Part shown: in pieces, positions 29,176 to 38,839 of the stretch | Numbering within the stretch: the stretch's first letter is position 1 | How the letters are laid out: each line of letters begins with the position of its first letter | Assembly (NCBI GenBank): GCA_963727455.1 | Contig: CAVSGG010000015.1 | Coordinates: forward strand, 32,001 to 96,000 | Direction: 5' to 3' | DNA from: Candidatus Krumholzibacteriota bacterium | GTDB taxonomy: Bacteria > Krumholzibacteriota > Krumholzibacteriia > JAJRXK01 | Length of the DNA stretch: 64,000 bases | Translations under genes and position numbers: made by a program | Notes under the pieces: model-generated | What the model was told of the DNA's origin: nothing | Seen by the model: the letters and a program-made list of their open reading frames with translations, nothing else | Databases searched by the model: none

Positions 29176-30672
29176 TCAGCGGCCGGTGGCTCGATCAATC
29201 TTCGCGCGCGCGATGTAGAAGTCGGCGACCGCATTCACCGCGTCCCCGCGTGCCTGGGCCAGGCTCTGCTGAGCATTGATCACATCCAGGCTGGTACCCG
29301 CTCCCACTTTGAAGCGCTCCGATGCAAGCCTGAGATCCTCTTCGGCCTGGTCGATCGTCTCGCTGGCCACCTGAAAACTTTCCTTGGCTTCGATGAGGTT
29401 GTTCAAGAACCCGCTCAACTCGCTCTCCATGGTCAATTCGGACTGGCGAAGATTGTATTCGGCGCGGCGCTTCGCGGCCAAAGCCTGACGAGAACGGTTC
29501 CTCGTCTGGAAACGATCGAAGAGATTCCAACTCAGGCGCGCACCCCAGCTATACTGCCGGTTCTTCTGCGCCCCGAAGCGATAGGGCGTCTCACTCTGGC
29601 TCAGGGATGCCTGGCCGAAAACGGCGAGCTGCGGAAAGTAACCCGAGTGCGCCTGGGTGATGGCGTACCCACTTGCCTGAAGATTCTCCTGAGCAGATTT
29701 CAGATCGAGCCGATCCTGACGCGCCTCCTGGAGCAGATCCGAGAACTTGGGCAGTTCGATCGAGGAGATTTCGGCGGGCAGATCATCGGCCAGCTCGAAG
29801 CGCTCTGCACCGGGAATGTTCATGAAATGTGTCAGGAGCACGAAGGATTGCCGCTCCGAGTTGCGCGCCCGGACCACATCGAGCTGAGTCTGCTTGTAGC
29901 GGACTTGCGCCTGCAGTACGTCGCTCTTGGTGGCGATGCCCACGTCGAAATAGGTCTTGCTGCGATCCAGCTCCTGCTTGGCCACGTCCTGCGTCTCTTT
30001 GGCAACCTCGACCTGCTTCTGCGCGCGAAGAACGTTGTAGAACGCCTCACTCACGTCCTGCACGAGAACCTTCTCCTGGTAGCCCAAGTCGGCTTCAGCA
30101 GCCCGCACCGTTGCTTTGCTTTCCTTGATCCTGGAGATCCGGCCAAAGCCATCGAAGACGGTCCAGTTGGTGCTGAGACTGGCCGACTTGAAAGTCTGCA
30201 GGATGGTCTGGTTGCTCGTCCCCGAAGCAGCCAGAGTGGGTTCGTAGGCCTGTGTTCCATTGATGTCCAGCGGCAGTAGGTTCCCGTTCTGATCCACGTA
30301 GACAATCGGTTGACCGGGGATGACGGTCGAATTGGTGTAGTCGGCCACATCGAAGTCCGTGCGCTCGGAGCGATTCCAGCTGGCGGAAGCGGAGAGATCC
30401 GGCAACCACTGGGCCTTGGCGGCGGTCCGATCGCTTTTCGCCGCGGCCAGATTCTCCTCGTACACTCCCAGTGCGGTGGATCCGACCTTGGCCACCTTCA
30501 GACACTCGTCGAGTGTGACCGGGCTTCCGTCGTAGAGCCCCTTGATGGATTCCTGCAGCTGCTGGAGCTTGACTTCGAGCTGGGCATGGCAAGGACTGGA
30601 AGCCGCCGCGAGGAAAAGCAAGCACAGCGGCACTGCGAAGGATACGGTCCGGGCAAAGGACAATCTCTTCAT
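29176..30672 (-). CDS. TolC family outer-membrane channel
   Basis: Signal peptide; two OEP repeats (WLPDL / YFPQL, YFDVG.ATKSDV / RFKVG.GTSLDV). Confidence 0.92.
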   Translation of the reverse strand: MKRLSFARTVSFAVPLCLLFLAAASSPCHAQLEVKLQQLQESIKGLYDGSPVTLDECLKVAKVGSTALGVYEENLAAAKSDRTAAKAQWLPDLSASASWNRSERTDFDVADYTNSTVIPGQPIVYVDQNGNLLPLDINGTQAYEPTLAASGTSNQTILQTFKSASLSTNWTVFDGFGRISRIKESKATVRAAEADLGYQEKVLVQDVSEAFYNVLRAQKQVEVAKETQDVAKQELDRSKTYFDVGIATKSDVLQAQVRYKQTQLDVVRARNSERQSFVLLTHFMNIPGAERFELADDLPAEISSIELPKFSDLLQEARQDRLDLKSAQENLQASGYAITQAHSGYFPQLAVFGQASLSQSETPYRFGAQKNRQYSWGARLSWNLFDRFQTRNRSRQALAAKRRAEYNLRQSELTMESELSGFLNNLIEAKESFQVASETIDQAEEDLRLASERFKVGAGTSLDVINAQQSLAQARGDAVNAVADFYIARAKIDRATGR

Positions 30673-30872
30673 GAAACGACACTCCTTAGGGAGACACAGT
30701 GGAGATACTACCACCAGGATGAAGACTGGCCATCATGAAGTCCACTAGCAAGCCCTCGGTGAGGGGGCGAGCGGGAAACGGTTGCCGTGGATCTGAGGAC
30801 ATACGAATCGGCACCCCCCCAATCATACGGAAGAGTGCCGAGCAGGTTGCAGTCAAGATCTCGCGTCGACTA

Positions 30873-31544
30873 CTAATAGAGCTTGAATCGGTACGGGAGA
30901 GTCACCCACACTTCCACCGCGAAGTCTCTCTGCTTTCCCGGTTTGAAAATGCAGCGGAGAGCCGCCTTGAGGGCCTCGGCATCCAGAATCGGATGGACGC
31001 TCTTGACCACCTCGGCCTGCTTGGCCCGCCCGTCCGTGCCCACCAGCACGTTGACCATGACGGTCCCCTGCAACTCCATGTCGCGAGCCGTCTCGGGGTA
31101 CTTGGGCGGAACCCACTTCACAATCTCGGGCTTGGTATCGAAGGCCACGAAGGTGTTCCCGGTGCTGGCCGAACCCCCACCCGTCGGGAGCGCCGCCGTA
31201 TCCCAGTTGTCCGGCAGGGTCTCCGCCAAATCGACATCTTCGTTCACTTCCGCGTCCGGCGCAGCCTCGATGGGCACCTGCGGGCGGGGAATTTCCTTCG
31301 GGGGGGGCGGGATGTCGATGGCGTCGGGAATGTCGAGGATCTCGATCTTGTCTTCACGGAGATGATACGGAGTCGGTTTGTATACCGGTGAGAAGAGGAA
31401 GATCAGAAGCCAGATCAGAAGCGAGGCATAGGTGGAGCGGCGCAGATAAACGCCGTAACGCGACTTGAAGCGTTGGTTTTCGTTGAGAAATACCGCTTCA
31501 CCGAACTCGATGTGTGCGTGGTCTCTTACGTGTGCGTGCGCCAT
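30873..31544 (-). CDS. tonB: energy transducer TonB
   Basis: TM helix, Pro-rich linker, PKYPETA..QGTV.V..LV..G C-terminal domain. Confidence 0.9.
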   Translation of the reverse strand: MAHAHVRDHAHIEFGEAVFLNENQRFKSRYGVYLRRSTYASLLIWLLIFLFSPVYKPTPYHLREDKIEILDIPDAIDIPPPPKEIPRPQVPIEAAPDAEVNEDVDLAETLPDNWDTAALPTGGGSASTGNTFVAFDTKPEIVKWVPPKYPETARDMELQGTVMVNVLVGTDGRAKQAEVVKSVHPILDAEALKAALRCIFKPGKQRDFAVEVWVTLPYRFKLY

Positions 31545-31552
31545 GGCTGCCT

Positions 31553-31975
31553 CTAATACTTCGGACCGGGCCTGGATTCGAACTTGTCGTTGAAACTCAC
31601 GCGAACCGCATTGGCTTCTTTGAGCTTCTCCATCACATCATCCATGACCTTGTACTTGGCACGGGTGTCGGTCTGGAAGGCCACGATCATGAGCGGGTTC
31701 TCTTTGTATTTCTGCAGCATGATCGGATACACAGAATCGAGATTCACGATCTTGTCATCGATCGAGATCCTGCCCTTGCGATCGATCCAGATGTGGCTCA
31801 CCAGCTCTCGCTTTGGTTCCACTCCTGACTCGGCTCGCGGCAAATCGACCGGCAAACCGTCCTCGGTCTTGAAGACCGTGGTCACCATGAAAAAGAGTAG
31901 CAGCATGAACACGATGTCGCCCATCGAGGCGGTCGGGATGCTCGTGCTGGACTTGATGTTCTTTTCGAACTTCAC
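31553..31975 (-). CDS. exbD: ExbD/TolR family protein
   Basis: ASMGDIVFMLLLFFMV with the conserved Asp. Confidence 0.92.
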   Translation of the reverse strand: MKFEKNIKSSTSIPTASMGDIVFMLLLFFMVTTVFKTEDGLPVDLPRAESGVEPKRELVSHIWIDRKGRISIDDKIVNLDSVYPIMLQKYKENPLMIVAFQTDTRAKYKVMDDVMEKLKEANAVRVSFNDKFESRPGPKY

Positions 31976-31986
31976 GTCGGATTCCT

Positions 31987-32403
31987 CTAGGTCTTCAACA
32001 TCTTGATCGCCATGCGCCGAGCCTTGGCCAGACGGATTTCGTCCAGAACTGACACCATTGCGCCATAATCGGCGTCGGGGTGGGTGCTCAGAATGACGAC
32101 CAGCTTGCTATTGGCCTTGAGCCTGCGAATCAGCTCGTTCTTGATCTGGTTGACCCGGATCGGCACGCCATCGAGAGTGACCTGATTGAACGCATCGATC
32201 TTCAGATCCGCGACGTTCGACTGCTTGACCTTGACCTCTTCCGTCGAATCCGTCTTGGCCGGAAGAATGAGCGGAAGCCCGAGCTCCTGATTGAAGATCG
32301 TTGCGACCATGAAGAAGATGAGCAACAAGAAGACGATATCCGAGATCGACGCCATGTTGATCTCGGCGACACCCTGCTTCCTGCGCTTCAAGTTCACAGC
32401 CAT
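31987..32403 (-). CDS. exbD: ExbD/TolR family protein
   Basis: ASISDIVFLLLIFFMV with the conserved Asp. Confidence 0.92.
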   Translation of the reverse strand: MAVNLKRRKQGVAEINMASISDIVFLLLIFFMVATIFNQELGLPLILPAKTDSTEEVKVKQSNVADLKIDAFNQVTLDGVPIRVNQIKNELIRRLKANSKLVVILSTHPDADYGAMVSVLDEIRLAKARRMAIKMLKT

Positions 32404-32454
32404 GATCTACTACTCCGCTTCAACTCTCGTCGCTGACTCCGAGTTCCCCGGGTC

Positions 32455-33321
32455 TCAAGCCGGCGGGCCGATTTGCGTCAGCTCTTCCACTAGCTCGGCC
32501 GAGGTCTCCTCCATTTCAATGATAAAGCGATCGATCACTGAGAGAAAGAAGCTGTAGCCAATACTGGCCGGAATGGCGATTACAAGCCCAGCTGCGGTGG
32601 TGATGAGGGCCTCGGAGATACCGCTCGCCACCAGTTTCGCGTTCACCTGATCGGCGTTGGCGATGGCCTCGAAGGCGTTGATCATACCGGATACGGTCCC
32701 GAGGAAGCCCAGCAGAGGCGCGACGTTCGCCACCGTGGAAAGAGCCACGAGCCCGCGCTCCAGGAAGGACATCTCGATGGTACCCGAAGTTTCGATGGCC
32801 TTCTCCACGGCCTCGGGTCCGCGATCCGCGCGCAATAATCCACTGTGGAGAATCGCCGCGATCGGTCCTCGTGTCCGCTCACAAACCTGCGCCGCTTCGG
32901 TCACGCCGTCGCTGCGCAGAGTGGTAATTACGGTTCCGATGAGCCGTCGGGTGTTGGTTCGTGCGCGCGCCAAGGTGACGAAACGCTCGATCAATACCGC
33001 GATCATGACGACTGCGCAGAGGAAGAGAGGCAGCATGAAATTGCCACCCTTGATGAACAGCTGGCCGGCGCCGCTGCGGGCGAGCCAGGGCATGTCCCGC
33101 TCGAACCACCCCATGAAGCCGCCCACGGGAGCTTCGACGACCACGACTTCGTCACTGGAGTCCGAGAGCGACCACGCCAGCGAGTCCGCCGTGTTCATGA
33201 CTCCCTCGAAGTTGAGGGAATCGGGAGGGGTGGCATCCTGAGCCACGGCCGGATGCGCGAATGCCAGGGTCAGAGCCGCGACAAACAGGAGGGCGCATGT
33301 GAACAGACCATTGCGAGCCAT
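32455..33321 (-). CDS. exbB: MotA/TolQ/ExbB proton channel protein with an N-terminal exported extension
   Basis: APLLGFLGTVSGMI, GISEALITTAAGL; signal-like N-terminus ending AVA-Q. Confidence 0.92.
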   Translation of the reverse strand: MARNGLFTCALLFVAALTLAFAHPAVAQDATPPDSLNFEGVMNTADSLAWSLSDSSDEVVVVEAPVGGFMGWFERDMPWLARSGAGQLFIKGGNFMLPLFLCAVVMIAVLIERFVTLARARTNTRRLIGTVITTLRSDGVTEAAQVCERTRGPIAAILHSGLLRADRGPEAVEKAIETSGTIEMSFLERGLVALSTVANVAPLLGFLGTVSGMINAFEAIANADQVNAKLVASGISEALITTAAGLVIAIPASIGYSFFLSVIDRFIIEMEETSAELVEELTQIGPPA

Positions 33322-33429
33322 TGGCTGCCTTGTCCTTTCCTCGGGTGAAGAATTGCGCGGGTTATTTGGAGCCGCAGATGACGAAAAGAGCGTCGACCCC
33401 GACCCGGAAATATCCGAAAAACAGGCAGT

Positions 33430-33459
33430 AGTATAAGGAGCGCGTTTTCGCACTGTCAA
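33430..33459 (-). promoter_or_regulatory. internal promoter for exbB-exbD-exbD-tonB
   Basis: TTGACA-N18-TATACT. Confidence 0.65.
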
Positions 33460-33486
33460 GACCTGCTTCCGCATCAAAACAACCCC

Positions 33487-34992
33487 TTAGTCCTTGCGAA
33501 ATGGAGAATTGGAGGTTTCTAGGTGATAGACCCCCGTGCCGAGTTGGTCCACGAACAGGAACCTCAGATCCGTCCCCTCTGACCACTCTGGAGCCTCGCT
33601 CTCGAGGAGGGGATCGCCAACCTGGTTGTAGATCCACAGCTCGAACGCGGCGAGAGAATTCAATGATCCGGGAGTCAATCTAGATAGGTCCTGCTGGGTT
33701 TCAAAGCGCGTTCGGTCCAGAGGTACCACGGACTTGATCGTCCTTCCCTGACGATCGACTTGCGTGGGATCGTGCACCTTCGCCACCGCCTCCTGAACCT
33801 CTTCGGTATCGTTGGGCACGACGTCAAATTGCTTCTGGGCCGGAGGACCGTAGTGAATGTATACGCGCCCGCGGGCGGTCAGCGGCCCCGGCGTTCCCTG
33901 TTCCCCGAAGAAGCGTCTCGCGTAATCCACTCGTCTTTTGAAGCGGTCGTAGGTTTCGTTGGCCTTGGTCCCGGGCGTGGGATCGTGTGCCGCCCAGAAC
34001 TTGTCGAGCGCCGCCGCCCTTGCCGTGGGGGGCAAGCTCTTCACACGTTCCCTCTGCTCTCCGCGGAGCAGAAGCTCGATCTCCAGATCCACCAGGTGCG
34101 AATCTCCCAGTAGATGGTTCATGTTCCACGCCACCACGAACTCACCTTGGCGCGTCTCAGCTCCCGGCTCCATCGGAACGATGGTCAGGCGATAGCTTCC
34201 CTCGAGAAAGGTCGCCAGCGGAGCGGAATAGGTCGCGGCGCGTCGCTCTCCTTCGCCCACCACCTGGATGGTATCCCCCTGGCTGAAACCGCTCAGCGGA
34301 TCCTCGATCCGCACCGACAGGGGAACCGCTTCTTTGAGAGCGCGGTTGAGCTCGAAGTAGACCAGAAGCGTGTCCTGGTTGATCCCGTAGAGACGCCCTG
34401 GGTTGGGCAGCTGCGGTCCCTGAACGGTATTCCAGCGGAACTCGAGGTCACTCAGGAAACAACCGCCTGCTTGCGGCGACGGAACGACCAGGATCCCCGT
34501 GGCCCTGCCCTCCCTGTCCGTGAGCCCTTGACCACTCTGCAGATTGTCCAGCTCGAGAGTCACCGCCCATGGGCCGGCCCCGACGTGGCGGCTGAGCTCG
34601 AAGAGAGCAAAACGCTGAGGATCTTGTGTCTGCTGGAGATCCTCGGCGTCGACCACGAACATCTGCTCCGTATCGACCGAGACCTCCCCTTTCCGAGCCA
34701 ACTTGAGGTGGAGTTTGGCCTTGGCTTCATAGCCGCCACTGGGCTGCTCTTGGAATTGCAGCTGCGAGTGGTAAACGACGACTGCTAGATCCAGGCGCGC
34801 GCCTTCGGCATCGAAGAACACTGGCAAGTCCGCGCTGAAGCTCAAATCCCCGTCGGAGTGCAGAGACAAGGGAACCCCGGCGCTCGCGAGCGAGCTGAGC
34901 CCGAGGAGAAGGAGAACTGCGGAGAAGACCGCGAGAAGAAGATCTTGGCCCGGAATCAACCGAAGCGCCTCGCGTGTCCCTTTTCTTGCCAT
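33487..34992 (-). CDS. exported GWxTD-domain protein
   Basis: Signal peptide ending ASA-G; beta-rich N-terminal part; FWAAHDPTP..NE..RRVDYA..F..GPLTARGRVYIHYGPP..FELWIY..FLFVD. Confidence 0.8.
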   Translation of the reverse strand: MARKGTREALRLIPGQDLLLAVFSAVLLLLGLSSLASAGVPLSLHSDGDLSFSADLPVFFDAEGARLDLAVVVYHSQLQFQEQPSGGYEAKAKLHLKLARKGEVSVDTEQMFVVDAEDLQQTQDPQRFALFELSRHVGAGPWAVTLELDNLQSGQGLTDREGRATGILVVPSPQAGGCFLSDLEFRWNTVQGPQLPNPGRLYGINQDTLLVYFELNRALKEAVPLSVRIEDPLSGFSQGDTIQVVGEGERRAATYSAPLATFLEGSYRLTIVPMEPGAETRQGEFVVAWNMNHLLGDSHLVDLEIELLLRGEQRERVKSLPPTARAAALDKFWAAHDPTPGTKANETYDRFKRRVDYARRFFGEQGTPGPLTARGRVYIHYGPPAQKQFDVVPNDTEEVQEAVAKVHDPTQVDRQGRTIKSVVPLDRTRFETQQDLSRLTPGSLNSLAAFELWIYNQVGDPLLESEAPEWSEGTDLRFLFVDQLGTGVYHLETSNSPFRKD

Positions 34993-35034
34993 TGGTTCAC
35001 GGCCCCGTGGGAGTCTCGCCCGGCCCAGAACCTC

Positions 35035-35988
35035 CTAGTACCGGAAAGAGACCGTGACACGATGGACACCGCCCAAACTCGACATGTCCACATAGGAGTA
35101 ATCCAGGGCGGCAGCGCTGCGCTCTCCGGTGTGAATTCGAAATCCAGCGCCGGCGGAGAAAGTCTCTGCGTCGTAGTTCAGATTGTAGCCGCCGCGCAAA
35201 AAGAAAGTCTCGTCCATGCCATATTCCAGACCGAAATTGGCGCGTTCCGCGTTGTCCGCTGGATGTTGGAACTCGCCCGAGACAAGCACGCTCTGGCGCT
35301 TGGTTCGAATGGGCACGAAGCTGGCGCCCACCTTGAAGGTGGTCGGCATCCGGGCGGGACGATCGTCATAGTTCACCTCGCCGCCCAAACTCTGAATGAT
35401 CATCCCGATCTTCATGCCGCGAATCCCTACCCGGTAGAGGATCCCCACGTCCAGAAGGAAGGAGTTCACCGAAGTCTCCGCCAAACCGCTGTGCATGTAG
35501 TACCCGGTGAATCCGGCCGAGAACTTGTCGGTGAAGTAACGGCTGTAGGTGAGTCCCAAGGTGCTCATTCCATTGTCGAAGGTACGTCCAGTCCCCTCCG
35601 GCTTGAATGCGGTTCTCTCGGGCTCAGGGTCCATCCAGAGCGCCCGCGCACTGATGGCGAAAGTGCCTGGGATACTCCGGGGATTGAAGACGTATGCCGC
35701 ATAGCTGAGCTTGATGTCCGCCGGCCACATCGTCTGATTCAGAGTCAGCTCACTGCCCCGGATGGACACGATCCCCGCGGGGTTCCAGTAGACCGCGGTG
35801 GCATCATCGGCAATTGCGGTGAAGGCCGAACCGAGTGCGGTCGCCCGCGCGCTCACGCCGATCTTCAAGAACTGGGCCCCGAAGGTACCTACCTTCTCGA
35901 ACACCTCGGCCGCGCTGGCCACAGTGGGAATCGTGGCCATGAGGCTGAGTCCCAGGGCAGATAGAACGAGGACTTTCCGCAGCTTCAT
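35035..35988 (-). CDS. PorV/PorQ-like (FadL-fold) outer-membrane barrel
   Basis: FLKIGVSARATALGSAFTAIADDATAVYWNPAG signature; C-terminal beta-signal VSFRY. Confidence 0.85.
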   Translation of the reverse strand: MKLRKVLVLSALGLSLMATIPTVASAAEVFEKVGTFGAQFLKIGVSARATALGSAFTAIADDATAVYWNPAGIVSIRGSELTLNQTMWPADIKLSYAAYVFNPRSIPGTFAISARALWMDPEPERTAFKPEGTGRTFDNGMSTLGLTYSRYFTDKFSAGFTGYYMHSGLAETSVNSFLLDVGILYRVGIRGMKIGMIIQSLGGEVNYDDRPARMPTTFKVGASFVPIRTKRQSVLVSGEFQHPADNAERANFGLEYGMDETFFLRGGYNLNYDAETFSAGAGFRIHTGERSAAALDYSYVDMSSLGGVHRVTVSFRY

Positions 35989-36055
35989 CGATCAACCTCC
36001 GCTCCGAAAGAGCAGGTCAGGGACCTGAAAAACCCAGGCCCCCCGTTTTGAGCTT

Positions 36056-38839
36056 CTAGCGAATGACGGTGAACTTGCCCACCACCCGATTGAACTTGTT
36101 GTCATCGGATTCCACCGAGAATAGGTAGATTCCGCTCACGATTTCTTGACCGTTTCGCGATACCAGGTTCCAGGACACCGAACCATCGCCATCTCGACCA
36201 TCGTGCGGGATTTCCGCCACGAGATCACCCGACAGGGTGAAGATCTTCACCGTGTTCTTCGATCTCGGCAAATTGCGGAATTCTACGCGGACTCCGGTTG
36301 GGTCGTCGGAGTTGGGATAGAGTTGACTGAACTCCGAAAGCGATTGTCGCGTCGCCGGGTTCGGCACCACGTAGATGTTGGCTCCGTTCGCCTTGCGATC
36401 TTCCGGAGTCTGCGCCACCGACTTTGGAGACGCGAAGGCGAAGTTGCTCTGGGGATCTCCCACCAGGCCGGGACCAGTCGGTGTCAGCTCGGTTTTGGAC
36501 TGATCCACCGTGAAGTCCGAGGCGGTGACGGCATAAAAGTAGTAGATCCCGTTGTGCACGTCCGTATCGACGTATTCGTAGAACTGCACCTGCGGATCGA
36601 GCTTGGACCAGTAGAGAGTGTCGACCTGATCGTAGCAGCACTCCCAGTTCCCGAGCTGGGGATAGGCCATCCCGATATCGGTAATGGTGCCGTCGGCCTT
36701 CCGATACCGGAGCAAGGTGCTCGGATTCAGCTTTTGCCTGTTCTCGTTCAGGATCTGATCAATCAGCGCCGCGAGATCCTTGTACTTCGCCGCTTCGTAC
36801 GAGCCTGGCCGGTTGACCAGGGGAGTATAGCGGATGGGATCCAATCCGGTATTGGGGCCCAGAGGGAGTCTCTCCGTCACCTCGTCGAGGCCGCCGCTGA
36901 TCGAGCGGACAGTGGTGAAACTATCGACGAGATCGTATTCGGCAATGAGTCGCCAGAGCTTGGATTCCGGTCCGTTGTTCACCGAGGAGCCGTAGGGCCG
37001 GTCCCAGTTGTCCGCGCGCCAGATCCGGTAGGATTCGAAGTCCTTCTTCTGCAGGCGAACGTCGTTTTCCAACTCGCTCTTGTTATTGAAGAACACGTGT
37101 ACGCGATTGTTAGTCTGCCAAAGCCGCATCGTGGGGGCCGAGGGCGCGAGTCCCACGAGCCACGGGACCTTGTATTCCTTCCCCAGGACCCCGGTACAGC
37201 CGGCGAGGTAAGAGTTGTCGACGCCCTCCCCGTCCTGCAAGCAGGGGCTCTCACTGAGACCCCGGATATCTTGCCCCGTACGCGCGCGTTCGAAGTCACA
37301 GTCGGCGTCGATGTAGATACAGCCGTCATCGTCCAAGTCCTTGGGCTCGATGAAGACAGCCCTTCCTTGGGCGATGGCCAAACTGTCGGTACAGTCGACG
37401 AAGAGGCTGAAGATTGGATTCGACGCGCCGCGAGGACCGAAGTCGTCGATACAGATCTTCGATTCCCGTCCCTTGATTCCCGTATCGGGATTAGCATCGC
37501 GATCGAAATCGGCCCCATAGTAGGTCAGAGCGGCTTGGATTGCATTACGACGCATTCCCTCGAAACCCTCGCCCATCACGAAGGCAGCCTGGAACTCGAG
37601 ACTTTGGGTCGGCTCGAGGCCCGCAAACGGTCCGGTCGCTATGAGGATACGGTAGTCGTTGCCTCGACCCTGTCCCGGCTGAGGAAAACTGTCATATGCA
37701 TGCCGCGACATGAGCTCATAGCGTTCGGAGTCGTTCGTTGGGTCTCCGCCGCGATCGAAGGTCGCGCTTCCGCTGAAATTCTGGAACGAAGTGATTCCGA
37801 CGGCCTTCGGCGCAGTTTCACCGGTGGGATCGGTGTCGTGATTGAGCATGAACATGCCGAAGTAGCCCGTCGTGACTCCTGCATCACCATCTGCGTCGTA
37901 ACAATAGGCGATGGAGAGAGGGACATACGACCCGTCCTGGGCGCGAACCGTACCCGACCAATAGCCGGGCAAGTCGTCGTTGGCGATTTGCACGCCGCCG
38001 CGAGGGCCGCAGTCGGGATCGGCGAAGAAGCCCAGGTAGATGTCATCCAGAGGCGCGACACCCGTATTGGTGATGGTAAATTGGAAGCCGATGAAGTCGT
38101 CGACCGCCTCGTCCTCCCACTGGAAGGTCTCTTGCACTACGTCGATGTGCAGAGGCTCGTGATCAGGATAGGCCTCGATTGCCTGTGGCGAATAGTCGGT
38201 GTAAAGACAGCGGAAATCCTGATTTCCGATGGCCGCGTAATCCTCGTCGATCTTCCCGTCACCGTCGTCGTCTTTCCCGTTCTTGGGATCTTCGTTGACC
38301 AGACCATCCTTGTCGTCATCGAAATTGGGGTCGGGATAACGTGCGCCTCCAGGCTCTCCCTGCCGCGAGGTGTAAATCGTCGCCAGTGGATCCTGCGCAT
38401 CGGGGCGAAACTCGAGTTCGTACTGCCCGGTAGACACGGCGGGCACGCCGTTCTTGATGGCGCCGAACCACAGACCGGCTGACCAGAGATAGTCCACACC
38501 ACTACCCGCGGGCCACATCATCGACGGAGCGTCCGAGTAGCTCTGGCGCGTGCCCGGTTGTGAGCCTATGAGTCCGAAGTTTGTGATGTTGAGCTGGGCC
38601 TGTCCCACGTTCATCACGAAGTTCCCCAGGATCGTATAGCTTCCTTGGGCATCCTTCCCGAGAGTTGTGATCGCGGGTCCATCGTACCTGGCCACCGCCA
38701 CCTTGGCGCTGACCAGACCACTAGCAAACACCAGGAGACAGACAAACAGACGCCACCAGTCGAACTTTTCACGAGTGGCAAGGAACCACATGCCCACAAG
38801 CCTCCTTCGGCGACCCTCTCGTCGAGTTAGAATTGCCAT
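36056..38839 (-). CDS. large secreted protein with a T9SS type A-like C-terminal domain
   Basis: Signal peptide; C-terminus IYVVPNP..FRNLP..VKIFTLSGDLV..WNL..NGQEIVSGIYLF..GKFTVIR; DxDxDG motifs. Start uncertain. Confidence 0.75.
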   Translation of the reverse strand: MAILTRREGRRRRLVGMWFLATREKFDWWRLFVCLLVFASGLVSAKVAVARYDGPAITTLGKDAQGSYTILGNFVMNVGQAQLNITNFGLIGSQPGTRQSYSDAPSMMWPAGSGVDYLWSAGLWFGAIKNGVPAVSTGQYELEFRPDAQDPLATIYTSRQGEPGGARYPDPNFDDDKDGLVNEDPKNGKDDDGDGKIDEDYAAIGNQDFRCLYTDYSPQAIEAYPDHEPLHIDVVQETFQWEDEAVDDFIGFQFTITNTGVAPLDDIYLGFFADPDCGPRGGVQIANDDLPGYWSGTVRAQDGSYVPLSIAYCYDADGDAGVTTGYFGMFMLNHDTDPTGETAPKAVGITSFQNFSGSATFDRGGDPTNDSERYELMSRHAYDSFPQPGQGRGNDYRILIATGPFAGLEPTQSLEFQAAFVMGEGFEGMRRNAIQAALTYYGADFDRDANPDTGIKGRESKICIDDFGPRGASNPIFSLFVDCTDSLAIAQGRAVFIEPKDLDDDGCIYIDADCDFERARTGQDIRGLSESPCLQDGEGVDNSYLAGCTGVLGKEYKVPWLVGLAPSAPTMRLWQTNNRVHVFFNNKSELENDVRLQKKDFESYRIWRADNWDRPYGSSVNNGPESKLWRLIAEYDLVDSFTTVRSISGGLDEVTERLPLGPNTGLDPIRYTPLVNRPGSYEAAKYKDLAALIDQILNENRQKLNPSTLLRYRKADGTITDIGMAYPQLGNWECCYDQVDTLYWSKLDPQVQFYEYVDTDVHNGIYYFYAVTASDFTVDQSKTELTPTGPGLVGDPQSNFAFASPKSVAQTPEDRKANGANIYVVPNPATRQSLSEFSQLYPNSDDPTGVRVEFRNLPRSKNTVKIFTLSGDLVAEIPHDGRDGDGSVSWNLVSRNGQEIVSGIYLFSVESDDNKFNRVVGKFTVIR

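Noticed and set aside
36013-36040. Short alternative hairpins between the CTD gene and the PorV-like gene
   Set aside because: Short stems with no U-tract downstream on the coding strand; not distinguishable from chance.
36146-38482. 778-aa plus-strand ORF and other long antisense ORFs (495-2072, 15369-16679, 27169-28452, 52991-54418)
   Set aside because: They mirror well-supported genes, which is expected from high-GC codon bias, and carry no recognisable motifs.
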